Below are positions 55,439 to 64,000 of a DNA stretch of 64,000 nt, one piece after another (within the stretch, counting starts at the first letter, position 1; every line of letters begins with the position of its first letter). The notes below the pieces were generated by a model that saw only the letters and a program-made list of their open reading frames with translations, ran no database searches and had not been told where the DNA came from. Location: NCBI GenBank assembly GCA_050010135.1, contig JBEKLP010000002.1, positions 27,906 through 91,905 on the forward strand, written 5' to 3'. The DNA comes from Anaerolineales bacterium (lineage in GTDB: Bacteria; Chloroflexota; Anaerolineae; Anaerolineales; RBG-16-64-43). The translations under genes and the position numbers were made by a program.

Positions 55439-57328
55439 ATGACCAACCCCCTGCGTCAGCACACGGGAGGAACCGCTTCACTGGTCGTCGGCACCACGCT
55501 GGAGAACCGTTACTTGGTCATCCGGGTTGTCGGCAGCGGCGGGATGAGCTGGGTTTACCAGGCGCGGGATATGCGCTTCCCCAGCGTCACCCGGTTGGCG
55601 GCGGTCAAGGAAATGCTGAACCCTAGCAAGGATGAAGCCGTCCGCCAGACCGCCGTGCAAAGCTTCGAGCGGGAAGCCAACCTACTGGCGACCCTTAATC
55701 ACCCGGCCATCCCCCGCGTCTACGATTATTTCACCATCGGAGAACGCTCTTTTCTGGTCATGGAATTCGTCAACGGGAAGGACTTGGAAGCCATCCTGAC
55801 GGAAAGCAATGATTTTCTTCCGACAACAACGGTTGCCCATTGGGGAGTCGAGCTGTGCCACGTCATCCATTATCTGCATCACCACCAACCGCCGGTGATC
55901 TTCCGCGACATCAAACCGTCGAACATCATGTCCGACGAGCATGAGAACATCCGCCTGGTGGATTTCGGGATTGCCAAGCTCTTCGAACCGGACCGGAAAG
56001 GTACGATGATCGGCACCGAAGGGTATTCCCCGCCCGAACAGTACCGCGGCGAGGCAGGCCCGCTCTCGGATGTGTACGCACTCGGGGCGACGCTCCACCA
56101 TTTGCTTTCGCGGCGTGATCCACGGATCGAGCCACCCTTTTCATGGCACGACCGCCCGTTGCGGCAGATCAATCCTAGCGTACCGGAAGGTCTCGACCAG
56201 GCGGTGATGAAAGCGCTGGCCTACGAACCGGAGCAGCGGTTCCCGGACATGAAAACCTTCCAGGCCGCACTGGCGCAATTCACCGAAGGAGGAGGGCAAC
56301 CGATCGTCATCTCCGGAACCCCTGCCGCGCCCGCCACCGCCGCAGCCGTCGCTCCTGCGACCTCCCAGGACGGGATCCAACCCAAATGGGTGTTCACCTG
56401 CGAAGACGAAATCCGCGGCACGCCCGTGATCGTCAAGGGCATGGTGCTCGTGGGAGCATACGATAACAACCTTTACGCCCTGAAACCTTCCAGCGGCGAG
56501 TTCATATGGAAATACGCCGCCGAAGGCGGACTGACCGGCAAGCCCGCGATCTTTGAAGACAACATCATCGTGGGCTCGGAAGACAAACGGATTCATGCAG
56601 TAAGCCTGATCACCGGCAAGGTGGCTTGGACCTACTATACCGAGGCGGAAGTGCGCTCTTCTCCGACCATCGCCGAAGGCCACGTGTTCATCGGATCCGA
56701 CGACGCCAAACTCCATGCCATCAACGTCATGTACGGCCGGGGCGCATGGAAGACCGAGGTTGACGGCCCGATCCGGTCCACCCCGCTGGCCAGCAGCGAC
56801 CGGATTTATTTCGGATGCGAAAGCGGAGACTGCTATTCGGTCGATCTGCGGGGTGAAATCAAATGGAAATTTCACTCCAAACGGGCGATCACCTCTTCTC
56901 CGTGCGAAGGCAACGGCTTGCTGTATTTCGGTTCCGTCGACAGCTTGTTTTACGCCCTGGATATCAAATCCGGTTGGGCGGCGTGGCGGTTCCGCACCAA
57001 TAACGCTATCATTTCCTCCCCGACCATTGCGCAAGGGCTGGTCATCTTCGGTTCGGCCGACGGGCGAATCTACGCCGTAGACGGCCGTTCCAGCAAAGAG
57101 AAATGGCATTTTGAAACGGAAGGCCAGGTGACCGCCAATCCGCTGGTCGAACAGGGATTGGTGTACTGTGGATCGGTGGACGGCCACCTCTATGCCCTCG
57201 AACTGATGACCGGAAAGCTCCGCTGGAAGTTCCTCACCGGCGGACCGATCACCGGCGGGATTTCCGTCAATGAAGAAATGATCGTATTCGGTTCCACGGA
57301 TCATAAAATATACGCCCTGCCTCTGTAA
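55439..57328 (+). CDS. Hanks-type Ser/Thr protein kinase with a C-terminal PQQ-like beta-propeller (AfsK-like architecture)
   Basis: GSGGMSWVY, AVKE, FRDIKPSN, DFG, GTEGYSPPE, then repeats of SSP.....VYFGS.DG.LYAL...G...W; start may be CTG 55424. Confidence 0.94.
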   Translation: MTNPLRQHTGGTASLVVGTTLENRYLVIRVVGSGGMSWVYQARDMRFPSVTRLAAVKEMLNPSKDEAVRQTAVQSFEREANLLATLNHPAIPRVYDYFTIGERSFLVMEFVNGKDLEAILTESNDFLPTTTVAHWGVELCHVIHYLHHHQPPVIFRDIKPSNIMSDEHENIRLVDFGIAKLFEPDRKGTMIGTEGYSPPEQYRGEAGPLSDVYALGATLHHLLSRRDPRIEPPFSWHDRPLRQINPSVPEGLDQAVMKALAYEPEQRFPDMKTFQAALAQFTEGGGQPIVISGTPAAPATAAAVAPATSQDGIQPKWVFTCEDEIRGTPVIVKGMVLVGAYDNNLYALKPSSGEFIWKYAAEGGLTGKPAIFEDNIIVGSEDKRIHAVSLITGKVAWTYYTEAEVRSSPTIAEGHVFIGSDDAKLHAINVMYGRGAWKTEVDGPIRSTPLASSDRIYFGCESGDCYSVDLRGEIKWKFHSKRAITSSPCEGNGLLYFGSVDSLFYALDIKSGWAAWRFRTNNAIISSPTIAQGLVIFGSADGRIYAVDGRSSKEKWHFETEGQVTANPLVEQGLVYCGSVDGHLYALELMTGKLRWKFLTGGPITGGISVNEEMIVFGSTDHKIYALPL

Positions 57329-57352
57329 GCGGGGCGTCTCAAGGAGAATGGC

Positions 57353-58195
57353 GTGTCCCCAATCATCCGACTGCGCAAACGCCGCACTACCAAGGCGGCC
57401 ATTCCGGCCGATCGCTCACAGGAGATCCCGATGTTCCGGTTTGGAATTACGTACGATACCGGCCGGGTGCGCCAATCCAACGAAGATTGCATCGTGATCA
57501 CCACTTCGCTGCAACAGGGCGACACCGCCTCGCCCTATTACGGGTTATTCGTCGTCGCCGACGGGATGGGTGGACACGAGCAGGGCGAACAGGCGAGTCA
57601 GCTGGCGGCGCAAACCTTCGCCCGAGAGGTGATCAGCCGATTCGGCGCGCAATGGCTGGGCGGCGTCTCCGAGAATTCCGAGTCGATCCAGGAGATTCTG
57701 GAATCCTCCATCCTGCGGGCCAATCAAGCGGTGATGCTCAACCTTCCGGGCAGCGGAACCACGCTCACCGCGGCACTCGTCTTCAGCCGCCAGATTTTTT
57801 TCACGCACATCGGAGACAGCCGCGCCTACCTCGTGGGCAAGGAGATCCGCCAGATTACGCACGACCACTCGCTTGTCCAGCGGCTGGTCGATCAAGGACA
57901 TATCTCCACCGAAGAAGCGGGGCGGTTTGCGCAACGGAATGTGCTGCTCAAGGCGGTCGGACAAGTGGAGGGGATCGAAACCGATTTTCTCACCATCCCA
58001 TGGGAGAAAGGATCGCGACTGTTGCTGTGCACCGACGGGTTGTGGGGGGTCCTGTCCGATTCCGAAATCCTCCGCATAGCCGGCAACTACGAATCCCCCC
58101 AGGATGCCGCTGCGGCCCTCTCCCGGCAGGCCAACACCATGGGCGGGCCGGATAATATTTCCGCCATCATTGTGGAGATGACAGGAGAACCATGA
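57353..58195 (+). CDS. PP2C-family Ser/Thr phosphatase
   Basis: GRVRQSNED, VADGMGGH, GTTLT, HIGDSRAY, DHSLV, CTDGL, GGPDNIS; alternative start ATG 57431. Confidence 0.94.
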   Translation: MSPIIRLRKRRTTKAAIPADRSQEIPMFRFGITYDTGRVRQSNEDCIVITTSLQQGDTASPYYGLFVVADGMGGHEQGEQASQLAAQTFAREVISRFGAQWLGGVSENSESIQEILESSILRANQAVMLNLPGSGTTLTAALVFSRQIFFTHIGDSRAYLVGKEIRQITHDHSLVQRLVDQGHISTEEAGRFAQRNVLLKAVGQVEGIETDFLTIPWEKGSRLLLCTDGLWGVLSDSEILRIAGNYESPQDAAAALSRQANTMGGPDNISAIIVEMTGEP

Positions 58196-59451
58196 CCAAT
58201 CCTTCCACCGGGCAAGAACCGCTCTACATGGAAGTCCATGTCAGCCGGCCGGTATTGCGGGCGCTGGACGAACCGCAGGTGCTGTATTCGCTGGCAACCA
58301 TCCGGCCCGCACAGCAGGAGGGGGAGAATGTTCCGTCTCCGCTAAATTTAAGTCTTATTCTGGACCGATCCACCTCGATGGCCGGCGAACGGCTCGACAC
58401 GGCGCGGGCCTCGGCGGAAAACATCATTTCCCAACTCAGACCGCAGGACCGAATCGCCATTGTCACGTTCAGCGATCGGGCGGAGGTTCTGATCTCCACC
58501 GATGCGAGCGTACCCTTGGCAGAAGCGCGCCAGAGGCTGAGCCTGATCCAAGCCAGCGGGGGGACCGAAATTTACCAAGGCCTCTCTGCCGGCGTCAATC
58601 AATTGCGCCAGGTGCGGCGCCCCGGCACTGTAGATCACGTCATTCTGCTCACCGACGGTCGCACCTACGGGGACGAAGCGGCGTCGCTGCAATTGGCGGA
58701 AGAGGCCGCCCAGGAGGGGATTGAAATCACCGCGATGGGAATCGGCGAGGAGTGGAATGACATCTTCCTGGATTCCCTCGCCACCAAAACGGGAGGCCAG
58801 GCGGTGTATATCGACAACATCGCCTCGCTCGCGCCCTTCCTGCAGCAGAAATTCCTCGGCCTCGGCCAGATCCATGCCGATCAAGTGGTGGTGGAAGTGG
58901 AAACCACGCCCGGGGTCACGCTGCAATCCTCCTTCCGGGTAAACCCCGCTCCCATGCCGCTGCACGAAGGGCATATGTTGCGGTTGGGATCGCTTTTTGC
59001 CGGAAGCAATATCACGCTGCTCATGGAATATCTCATCCCGCCTGTTTCCCAGATGGATTCATACGAGATCAGCCGACTGCACCTGAGCGCACACTTGGCG
59101 AAAAGATCGACCAACCTGCGGACAGTTCTCTCCCTTAGTCTGCCGGTCGTGCCCGAACCCGTCCCGGCGCCGATTCCCGGCTCGCTGCTGACCGCGGTAC
59201 GCAACGTCACGCTGGCGCGGCTGGAGGAAAAGGCGCTCCAGGACGCGCAGACCGGTCATTTGAATCTTGCGACCACCCGGATGGACCGGCTGGCCACGCG
59301 CCTGTTTGAAATGGGAGAACCGGAACTGGCAAATACGGTCCTGAGCGAATCTTCCACGCTTCACCGGAGCCATGCCTTTTCCGAAAAAGGAAAGAAAGCG
59401 GTCAAGTACGGGACCCGCAGCCTGGTGGATCCCAAACACGGGGGTACATGA
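58192..59451 (+). CDS. von Willebrand factor A domain protein
   Basis: MIDAS motif LDRSTSM, GGTEI, LLTDG, followed by a helical C-terminal region. Confidence 0.92.
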   Translation: MTNPSTGQEPLYMEVHVSRPVLRALDEPQVLYSLATIRPAQQEGENVPSPLNLSLILDRSTSMAGERLDTARASAENIISQLRPQDRIAIVTFSDRAEVLISTDASVPLAEARQRLSLIQASGGTEIYQGLSAGVNQLRQVRRPGTVDHVILLTDGRTYGDEAASLQLAEEAAQEGIEITAMGIGEEWNDIFLDSLATKTGGQAVYIDNIASLAPFLQQKFLGLGQIHADQVVVEVETTPGVTLQSSFRVNPAPMPLHEGHMLRLGSLFAGSNITLLMEYLIPPVSQMDSYEISRLHLSAHLAKRSTNLRTVLSLSLPVVPEPVPAPIPGSLLTAVRNVTLARLEEKALQDAQTGHLNLATTRMDRLATRLFEMGEPELANTVLSESSTLHRSHAFSEKGKKAVKYGTRSLVDPKHGGT

Positions 59452-59452
59452 A

Positions 59453-59968
59453 ATGATTACCTGCCACGTCTGCCAAACGTCGGTGTATTTCGGTACGCTT
59501 TTCTGCCCGGAATGCTGCGCCCGGGTGAGCGAGGATGCCTCCTCTCTGACCAATGCCCTTCCCACGGAAAAGGTGGATGAAATCATTGCGGAGAAGCCGT
59601 CGGATTCATCCCGCTCCCCGCTGCATTCCGGCGATTCCATCGTCTTGCGGGTGGCGGGGAACAACGTGGGAATTCCCCTGTTCGGCCAGCAGGAGTACAT
59701 CCTCGGCCGGGCGGAAAAAGGACAGGCGGTGATTCCCGACATCGATATGAACAAGTTCGGGGCGCACGAAAAGGGCGTCTCCCGGCTGCACTGCCATTTG
59801 CGGTTCGAGGGCGAATCGCTTCTGGCCATCGATCTGGGCAGCGCCAACGGCACGTTCATCAACGATATCCGCGTACTGCCGGAACATCCGGGAATGCTTT
59901 CCGACGGCGACATTCTCCGTCTGGGGAATCTCGTCATTGAAGTTACCCGCCAGGCTGGAGGACAATAA
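59453..59968 (+). CDS. Zinc-ribbon plus FHA domain protein
   Basis: N-terminal CHVC...FCPEC; FHA motifs LGR, GVSRLH, DLGSANGTFIN. Confidence 0.92.
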   Translation: MITCHVCQTSVYFGTLFCPECCARVSEDASSLTNALPTEKVDEIIAEKPSDSSRSPLHSGDSIVLRVAGNNVGIPLFGQQEYILGRAEKGQAVIPDIDMNKFGAHEKGVSRLHCHLRFEGESLLAIDLGSANGTFINDIRVLPEHPGMLSDGDILRLGNLVIEVTRQAGGQ

Positions 59969-59973
59969 TCACC

Positions 59974-60216
59974 ATGGCCTATTCCGTTTTAATTCACCTC
60001 GAAAACGAAGATGCGGTCCTGGGGGAAATGGAGGAACTGCCCGCCTCCACGGCCAACTTCATCTCGGTGAACAATCCGCGCCGCCGGGATGGGAAGGATC
60101 TGCCTTTCATCCAAGCCAACGTCACCACGGTCATGTGGGCAACCCATCGCGTGACGTACATTGAGGTGGTTCCCGGCGAGGCGGCGGAAAAACTGGTCAC
60201 CTTCGTCCGGGAGTGA
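59974..60216 (+). CDS. Small hypothetical protein, 80 aa
   Basis: Preceded by GGAGG, tightly packed in the operon, stop overlaps the next start, typical codon usage. Confidence 0.8.
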   Translation: MAYSVLIHLENEDAVLGEMEELPASTANFISVNNPRRRDGKDLPFIQANVTTVMWATHRVTYIEVVPGEAAEKLVTFVRE

Positions 60217-60989
60217 TGAAGGTGAACGAATCGGCACGCCGCCGGGTGTTGGTCGTCGACGACGAACCGCGGATGGTCCGGTTTATCCGGCTGAACCTGG
60301 AACACGACGGTTATACCGTCGTCGAAGCGCAAAACGGGATGGAGGCGCTCAACCAACTCCGCAACGCTTTGCCGGATTTAATCCTGCTGGATGTCATGCT
60401 TCCGGATCTGGACGGGTTTGAAACGTTGCGCATGATTCGCGAATTCTCGCCCGTGCCGATCATCATGGTCACCGCCAAGGGGGATGAGGACGACCGGGTG
60501 CGCGGTCTGGAACGCGGCGCGGACGACTACATTACCAAACCCTTCAGCCCGAGAGAACTGGCCAGCCGGATCCGCGCGGTGCTGCGCCGCAACGAAACCC
60601 CCCGGGCCGTTCCGCACCAGCCCGTGGTGGTGGACGACCGCCTGACAATCGATTTCGACCGCCGGGAAGTGCGGGTGGAAGGGAAACTCGTCCCCCTTCG
60701 GCCGACCGAATTCCGCATGCTGTTCCATTTAATCCAGAACGCAGGACGGGTGATCACCCACGATCAGTTGCTGGCGAAAGTGTGGGGGTACGAATACCGC
60801 GAAGAGACCCATTACCTGCGGTTATATGTCAATTATCTGCGCCAGAAACTGGAAAAGGATCCGGCCAATCCCAAGTACATCTTGACCGAGCGCGGAGTCG
60901 GATATCGGTTTGTGGATTTTCAGCGCCCGGAAAAGCCGGAAGCGGAACCGGGAGTCCCCCCGCCCAATCCCGCTTCCGCCAAGGAATAA
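60216..60989 (+). CDS. OmpR/KdpE-family response regulator
   Basis: [22 protein letters not shown]; wHTH region LLAKVWG...[14 protein letters not shown]...TERGVGY. Confidence 0.95.
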   Translation: MKVNESARRRVLVVDDEPRMVRFIRLNLEHDGYTVVEAQNGMEALNQLRNALPDLILLDVMLPDLDGFETLRMIREFSPVPIIMVTAKGDEDDRVRGLERGADDYITKPFSPRELASRIRAVLRRNETPRAVPHQPVVVDDRLTIDFDRREVRVEGKLVPLRPTEFRMLFHLIQNAGRVITHDQLLAKVWGYEYREETHYLRLYVNYLRQKLEKDPANPKYILTERGVGYRFVDFQRPEKPEAEPGVPPPNPASAKE

Positions 60990-61075
60990 TTCTTTCGCGG
61001 AGATCAAAGCGTCCGTCCGGGGGGATCCGTTTCCCCATGATGTTTTCTATTAACCTGTCCTAAAATGGAGAGCGT

Positions 61076-61954
61076 ATGGCATGGATTTACGGAATTATTA
61101 AAAGCATGCGTCCGCGCCAGTGGCCGAAGAATATTTTCATTTTCGCGGCGCTGGTGTTCGACCGCCAATTCTTCCATTGGACGCCCCTCTTCCGAACGAC
61201 CTGCGGTTTTCTCCTGCTGTGCCTGGCGTCGGGCTCCGTCTACCTGATCAACGACATCGCCGACCGCCGGCAGGACCGGCTGCATCCCGTCAAACGCCTG
61301 CGCCCGGTAGCCTCCGGCGCGCTGCCCGTCCCGGCGGCTCTTGTCGCCGGCATTTTATTGATGCTGGTTTCGGTCGGCCTGGCATTTTTGCTTGCGCGGG
61401 ATTTTTGCCTGCTGATCCTCGCTTTCCTTCTTTTAAATCTCGCGTATTCCTTTTACCTCAAGCATATCCCCATCGTGGACGCCCTGACCATCGCGGTCTG
61501 CTTCCTGCTGCGCGTCGGCGGCGGAGTCCTCATCATTTCGGTGGAGCGATTCTCTCCCTGGATGTACGTCTGCATGGTGCTCCTCGCGCTCTATATCTCC
61601 TTCGGCAAACGGCGGTCGGAAATCCTGCTGCTGGAAGACGGCGCCTCCAACCATCGCAAGGTGCTCAGCGGCTACAGCCTCCCCCTGCTGGACAGTTACA
61701 TTCAGATCGTCTCCGCCGCCACGATCATCTGTTATTCGTTCTACACGTTCTCGGCGCCCAACCTGCCCACCAACCACGCGATGATGCTCACGATTCTTTT
61801 CGTAATGTACAGCGTGTTCCGTTACCTCTACCTGATTCAGGTGGAAAACGCAGGCGGCGAACCGGAGGAATTGCTGCTCACCGACCGACCGCTGCAGGCG
61901 GGAATCGCACTTTGGGGGTTATCAGCGATGCTCATCCTCTATCTCTGGCAATGA
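61076..61954 (+). CDS. UbiA-family prenyltransferase (decaprenyl-phosphate phosphoribosyltransferase-like)
   Basis: MRPRQWPKN, YLINDIADRRQDRLHPVKRLRPVASG, YSFYLKH, FGKRRSE. Confidence 0.9.
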   Translation: MAWIYGIIKSMRPRQWPKNIFIFAALVFDRQFFHWTPLFRTTCGFLLLCLASGSVYLINDIADRRQDRLHPVKRLRPVASGALPVPAALVAGILLMLVSVGLAFLLARDFCLLILAFLLLNLAYSFYLKHIPIVDALTIAVCFLLRVGGGVLIISVERFSPWMYVCMVLLALYISFGKRRSEILLLEDGASNHRKVLSGYSLPLLDSYIQIVSAATIICYSFYTFSAPNLPTNHAMMLTILFVMYSVFRYLYLIQVENAGGEPEELLLTDRPLQAGIALWGLSAMLILYLWQ

Positions 61955-62880
61955 CCCATCGCGCGTCGGCCTGCGCAAAATGCATCCTGTTGGGGGAACA
62001 CGCCGCCGTTTACGGGTTCCCCGCCATCGCCGTTCCCATTGCGGGGTTGCGGGCCCGGGCCGAGCTTGCCGGAAGCAATTCCCCCTTCCTCATCGACGAC
62101 CCGGCGATCGGGTTGACATCCGCTTTGGAGGACCTTCCCGGCGATCATCCGCTCGCATTTTGCGTACGCCGCACCATCGCATTCCTGGGAACCGGGATTC
62201 CGGCTGCACGCCTGACCATCACCTCGGATATCCCCCTCGCATCCGGATTGGGTTCCGGCGCGGCTGTATCCACAGCCATTGTCCGGGTGCTCTCGGCCTC
62301 CGCCGGCCGGAGCTTGACGCCGGGAGAAATTTCGCAGATTGTCTTCGACGTCGAGCGGATCTACCACGGCACGCCGTCCGGCGTGGACAATACGGTCATC
62401 GCCTATGAATGTCCGGTTTATTTCCAACGGGAGCGCGAACCGGTCCTGCTGCATATCAATGCGGGGATGCATCTTCTCGTGGCCGACAGCGGCGTGCACA
62501 GCGAAACCCGCTCGGCCGTCGACGGGGTGCGCGAGCGATGGCAATCGGACCCCGCGCGTTACGAGGATCACTTCCGGAGAATCGGCGCACTGGCGGATAC
62601 CGGCCGGGGACATCTGGAAAACGGGCGCGCCCAACCGCTAGGCATAACAATGAACCAATGCCACGAATTGCTGCGGGCCATCGGCGTATCCACCCCCGGA
62701 TTGGACGGGCTGGTCGAGGCCGCGCGGCATGCAGGAGCCCTCGGGGCGAAGCTTACCGGCGCCGGATTGGGGGGGAACATCGTCGCGCTGGCCAATCCGC
62801 AGGACCTCGAGGGTGTTGAATCCGCACTGCGCGGGGCGGGCGCCGTGTCCGTCTACCGGACAACCCTTGAGCCCGGATAA
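61951..62880 (+). CDS. mvk: Mevalonate kinase
   Basis: KCILLGEHAAVYG, PLASGLGSGAA, HGTPSGVDN, GAKLTGAGLGG; start overlaps the upstream stop (ATGA). Confidence 0.93.
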   Translation: MTHRASACAKCILLGEHAAVYGFPAIAVPIAGLRARAELAGSNSPFLIDDPAIGLTSALEDLPGDHPLAFCVRRTIAFLGTGIPAARLTITSDIPLASGLGSGAAVSTAIVRVLSASAGRSLTPGEISQIVFDVERIYHGTPSGVDNTVIAYECPVYFQREREPVLLHINAGMHLLVADSGVHSETRSAVDGVRERWQSDPARYEDHFRRIGALADTGRGHLENGRAQPLGITMNQCHELLRAIGVSTPGLDGLVEAARHAGALGAKLTGAGLGGNIVALANPQDLEGVESALRGAGAVSVYRTTLEPG

Positions 62881-62965
62881 CGTTACACCCGGGTCCCCTG
62901 CAGCTCCGCATAAATGATATGATTTCATTTATTATTTTCACCGAGGGAAGGATTTGTATTCGCCC

Positions 62966-63550
62966 ATGATCGGTACCGATCCCGGTTCCAATACTCAAAC
63001 CACCAATCTTCGGAAACGGATCGTTCCGATCCTCTCCCGCGCGGGCGCCTTTCTCTTTGCCGTGGCCATCACTGTGGGAATTTATGTTTTCCGGGATAAT
63101 TTCCGGCATTTGGCAAGTCTCGGATACATCGGGATCTTCCTCCTGTCGATCCTCGCAAACGCCACGATCATTTTGCCGGCCCCGGGTGTGGCGTTCGTTT
63201 TCGGAATGGGAGCTGTGTTCAATCCCTTCTTCGTTGCCCTGGCGGCGGGAGCCGGCGCGGCCATCGGCGAACTTTCCGGTTATATAGCCGGTTATTCCGG
63301 CCAGGCGATCATCCAGCGCAGCCGCTACGAACAACAGCTGGAAGGTTGGATGAGAAAATACGGCGGTCGGACCATCCTGGTCCTTGCCTTCATTCCCAAC
63401 CCGTTGTTCGACATCGCCGGAATGATCGCCGGGGTATTGAAGATGCCACTGTGGAAGTTTTTACTATTCTGCTGGATTGGTAAAACGTTAAAAATGTTTT
63501 TGTTCGCCTATGCCGGTTCGCTATCCATCCCCTGGTTGACACCGGATTGA
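62966..63550 (+). CDS. VTT/DedA (SNARE-associated) membrane protein
   Basis: GAAIGELSGYIAG, FIPNPLFDIAGMIAG, FLLFCWIGK. Confidence 0.85.
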   Translation: MIGTDPGSNTQTTNLRKRIVPILSRAGAFLFAVAITVGIYVFRDNFRHLASLGYIGIFLLSILANATIILPAPGVAFVFGMGAVFNPFFVALAAGAGAAIGELSGYIAGYSGQAIIQRSRYEQQLEGWMRKYGGRTILVLAFIPNPLFDIAGMIAGVLKMPLWKFLLFCWIGKTLKMFLFAYAGSLSIPWLTPD

Positions 63551-63616
63551 TCAAATCATCCCTTTTCCATAACCGTTTCCCACCCCCACTGCGAAATCCT
63601 CATTGACCCAACAAGT

Positions 63617-64000
63617 TTATTTCCCCCAAAGCACCTGGCGGCCATGCAGAATATATTGAAACAACTTCCGCAATCCGCGCCCCCGGCGCAGGTACCCAAG
63701 CTGCTGGCCGATCCGGGCCGGCTTTAATCCGAACAGCCGCGAGAGGCTGTTGGCTTCACAGGTGCTCGGGACACCCAAATAATCCAACCAGAACGGGGTC
63801 AGGGGGGAATATGGAAGCATCCAATCCATCATCCACAGACCGAAGCGCGCCAGGGGAGGCCAGATGCCCATCACCATCCTGGGCGCCCGGATTTCATCCA
63901 GCACCGCTTCGACGATCTGCGCAAACGACAAATGCTCAGGCCCGCCGATGGAAAGAATCTCGCCGAAGTACTTGTCTTCGGCGAGGCAGAATTCCATGCA
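63617..64000 (-). CDS. NAD-dependent epimerase/dehydratase (NDUFA9-like), C-terminal part only
   Basis: IGGPEHLSFAQIV pattern typical of the C-terminus of atypical SDRs; the 5' end lies outside the window. Confidence 0.65.
   Translation of the reverse strand, partial: CMEFCLAEDKYFGEILSIGGPEHLSFAQIVEAVLDEIRAPRMVMGIWPPLARFGLWMMDWMLPYSPLTPFWLDYLGVPSTCEANSLSRLFGLKPARIGQQLGYLRRGRGLRKLFQYILHGRQVLWGK

Noticed and set aside
61120-61950. Apparent 586-aa fusion with mevalonate kinase
   Set aside because: The upstream part is an alternative frame of the ubiA-family gene; mvk starts at 61951.

Overview
GC-rich bacterial chromosomal window, mostly housekeeping and signalling genes. Gene content (mevalonate kinase, DUF4388/small GTPase/V4R signalling, Ser/Thr kinase-PP2C-vWA-FHA cluster, multi-GAF kinase) suggests Chloroflexota, probably Anaerolineae; this is an inference. 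In order: partial gyrA; marR-ABC exporter operon with a clear promoter and operator; a 972-aa HEAT-repeat protein; rplU-rpmA-rpmE; tdk-hpt-tRNA nucleotidyltransferase; tRNA-Glu; a six-gene signalling locus; rex divergent from obgE-nadD; an FAD oxidoreductase and GT-C glycosyltransferase; nadC-nadA-nadB; tRNA-Asp; lipid kinase and acyltransferase; livKHMGF; comEC; two more membrane glycosyltransferases; an MFS transporter; pfkA; a tandem NUDIX; a metalloenzyme; fabF-rnc; the Ser/Thr kinase cluster; ubiA-family prenyltransferase, mvk and a VTT/DedA protein; and a partial epimerase. No transposase, integrase, prophage or CRISPR array was seen. Most notable: (1) ribosomal protein bL31 fused to an RNA polymerase alpha-CTD-like domain; (2) a conservon-like GTPase/V4R/9-GAF kinase locus with no Roadblock gene; (3) two promoter-to-terminator mini-transcripts with a purine tract and a complementary C-rich loop; (4) REP/REPIN-like palindromic elements; (5) a probable CC-adding rather than CCA-adding enzyme. 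All family assignments come from motif recognition by eye; no database searches were run.
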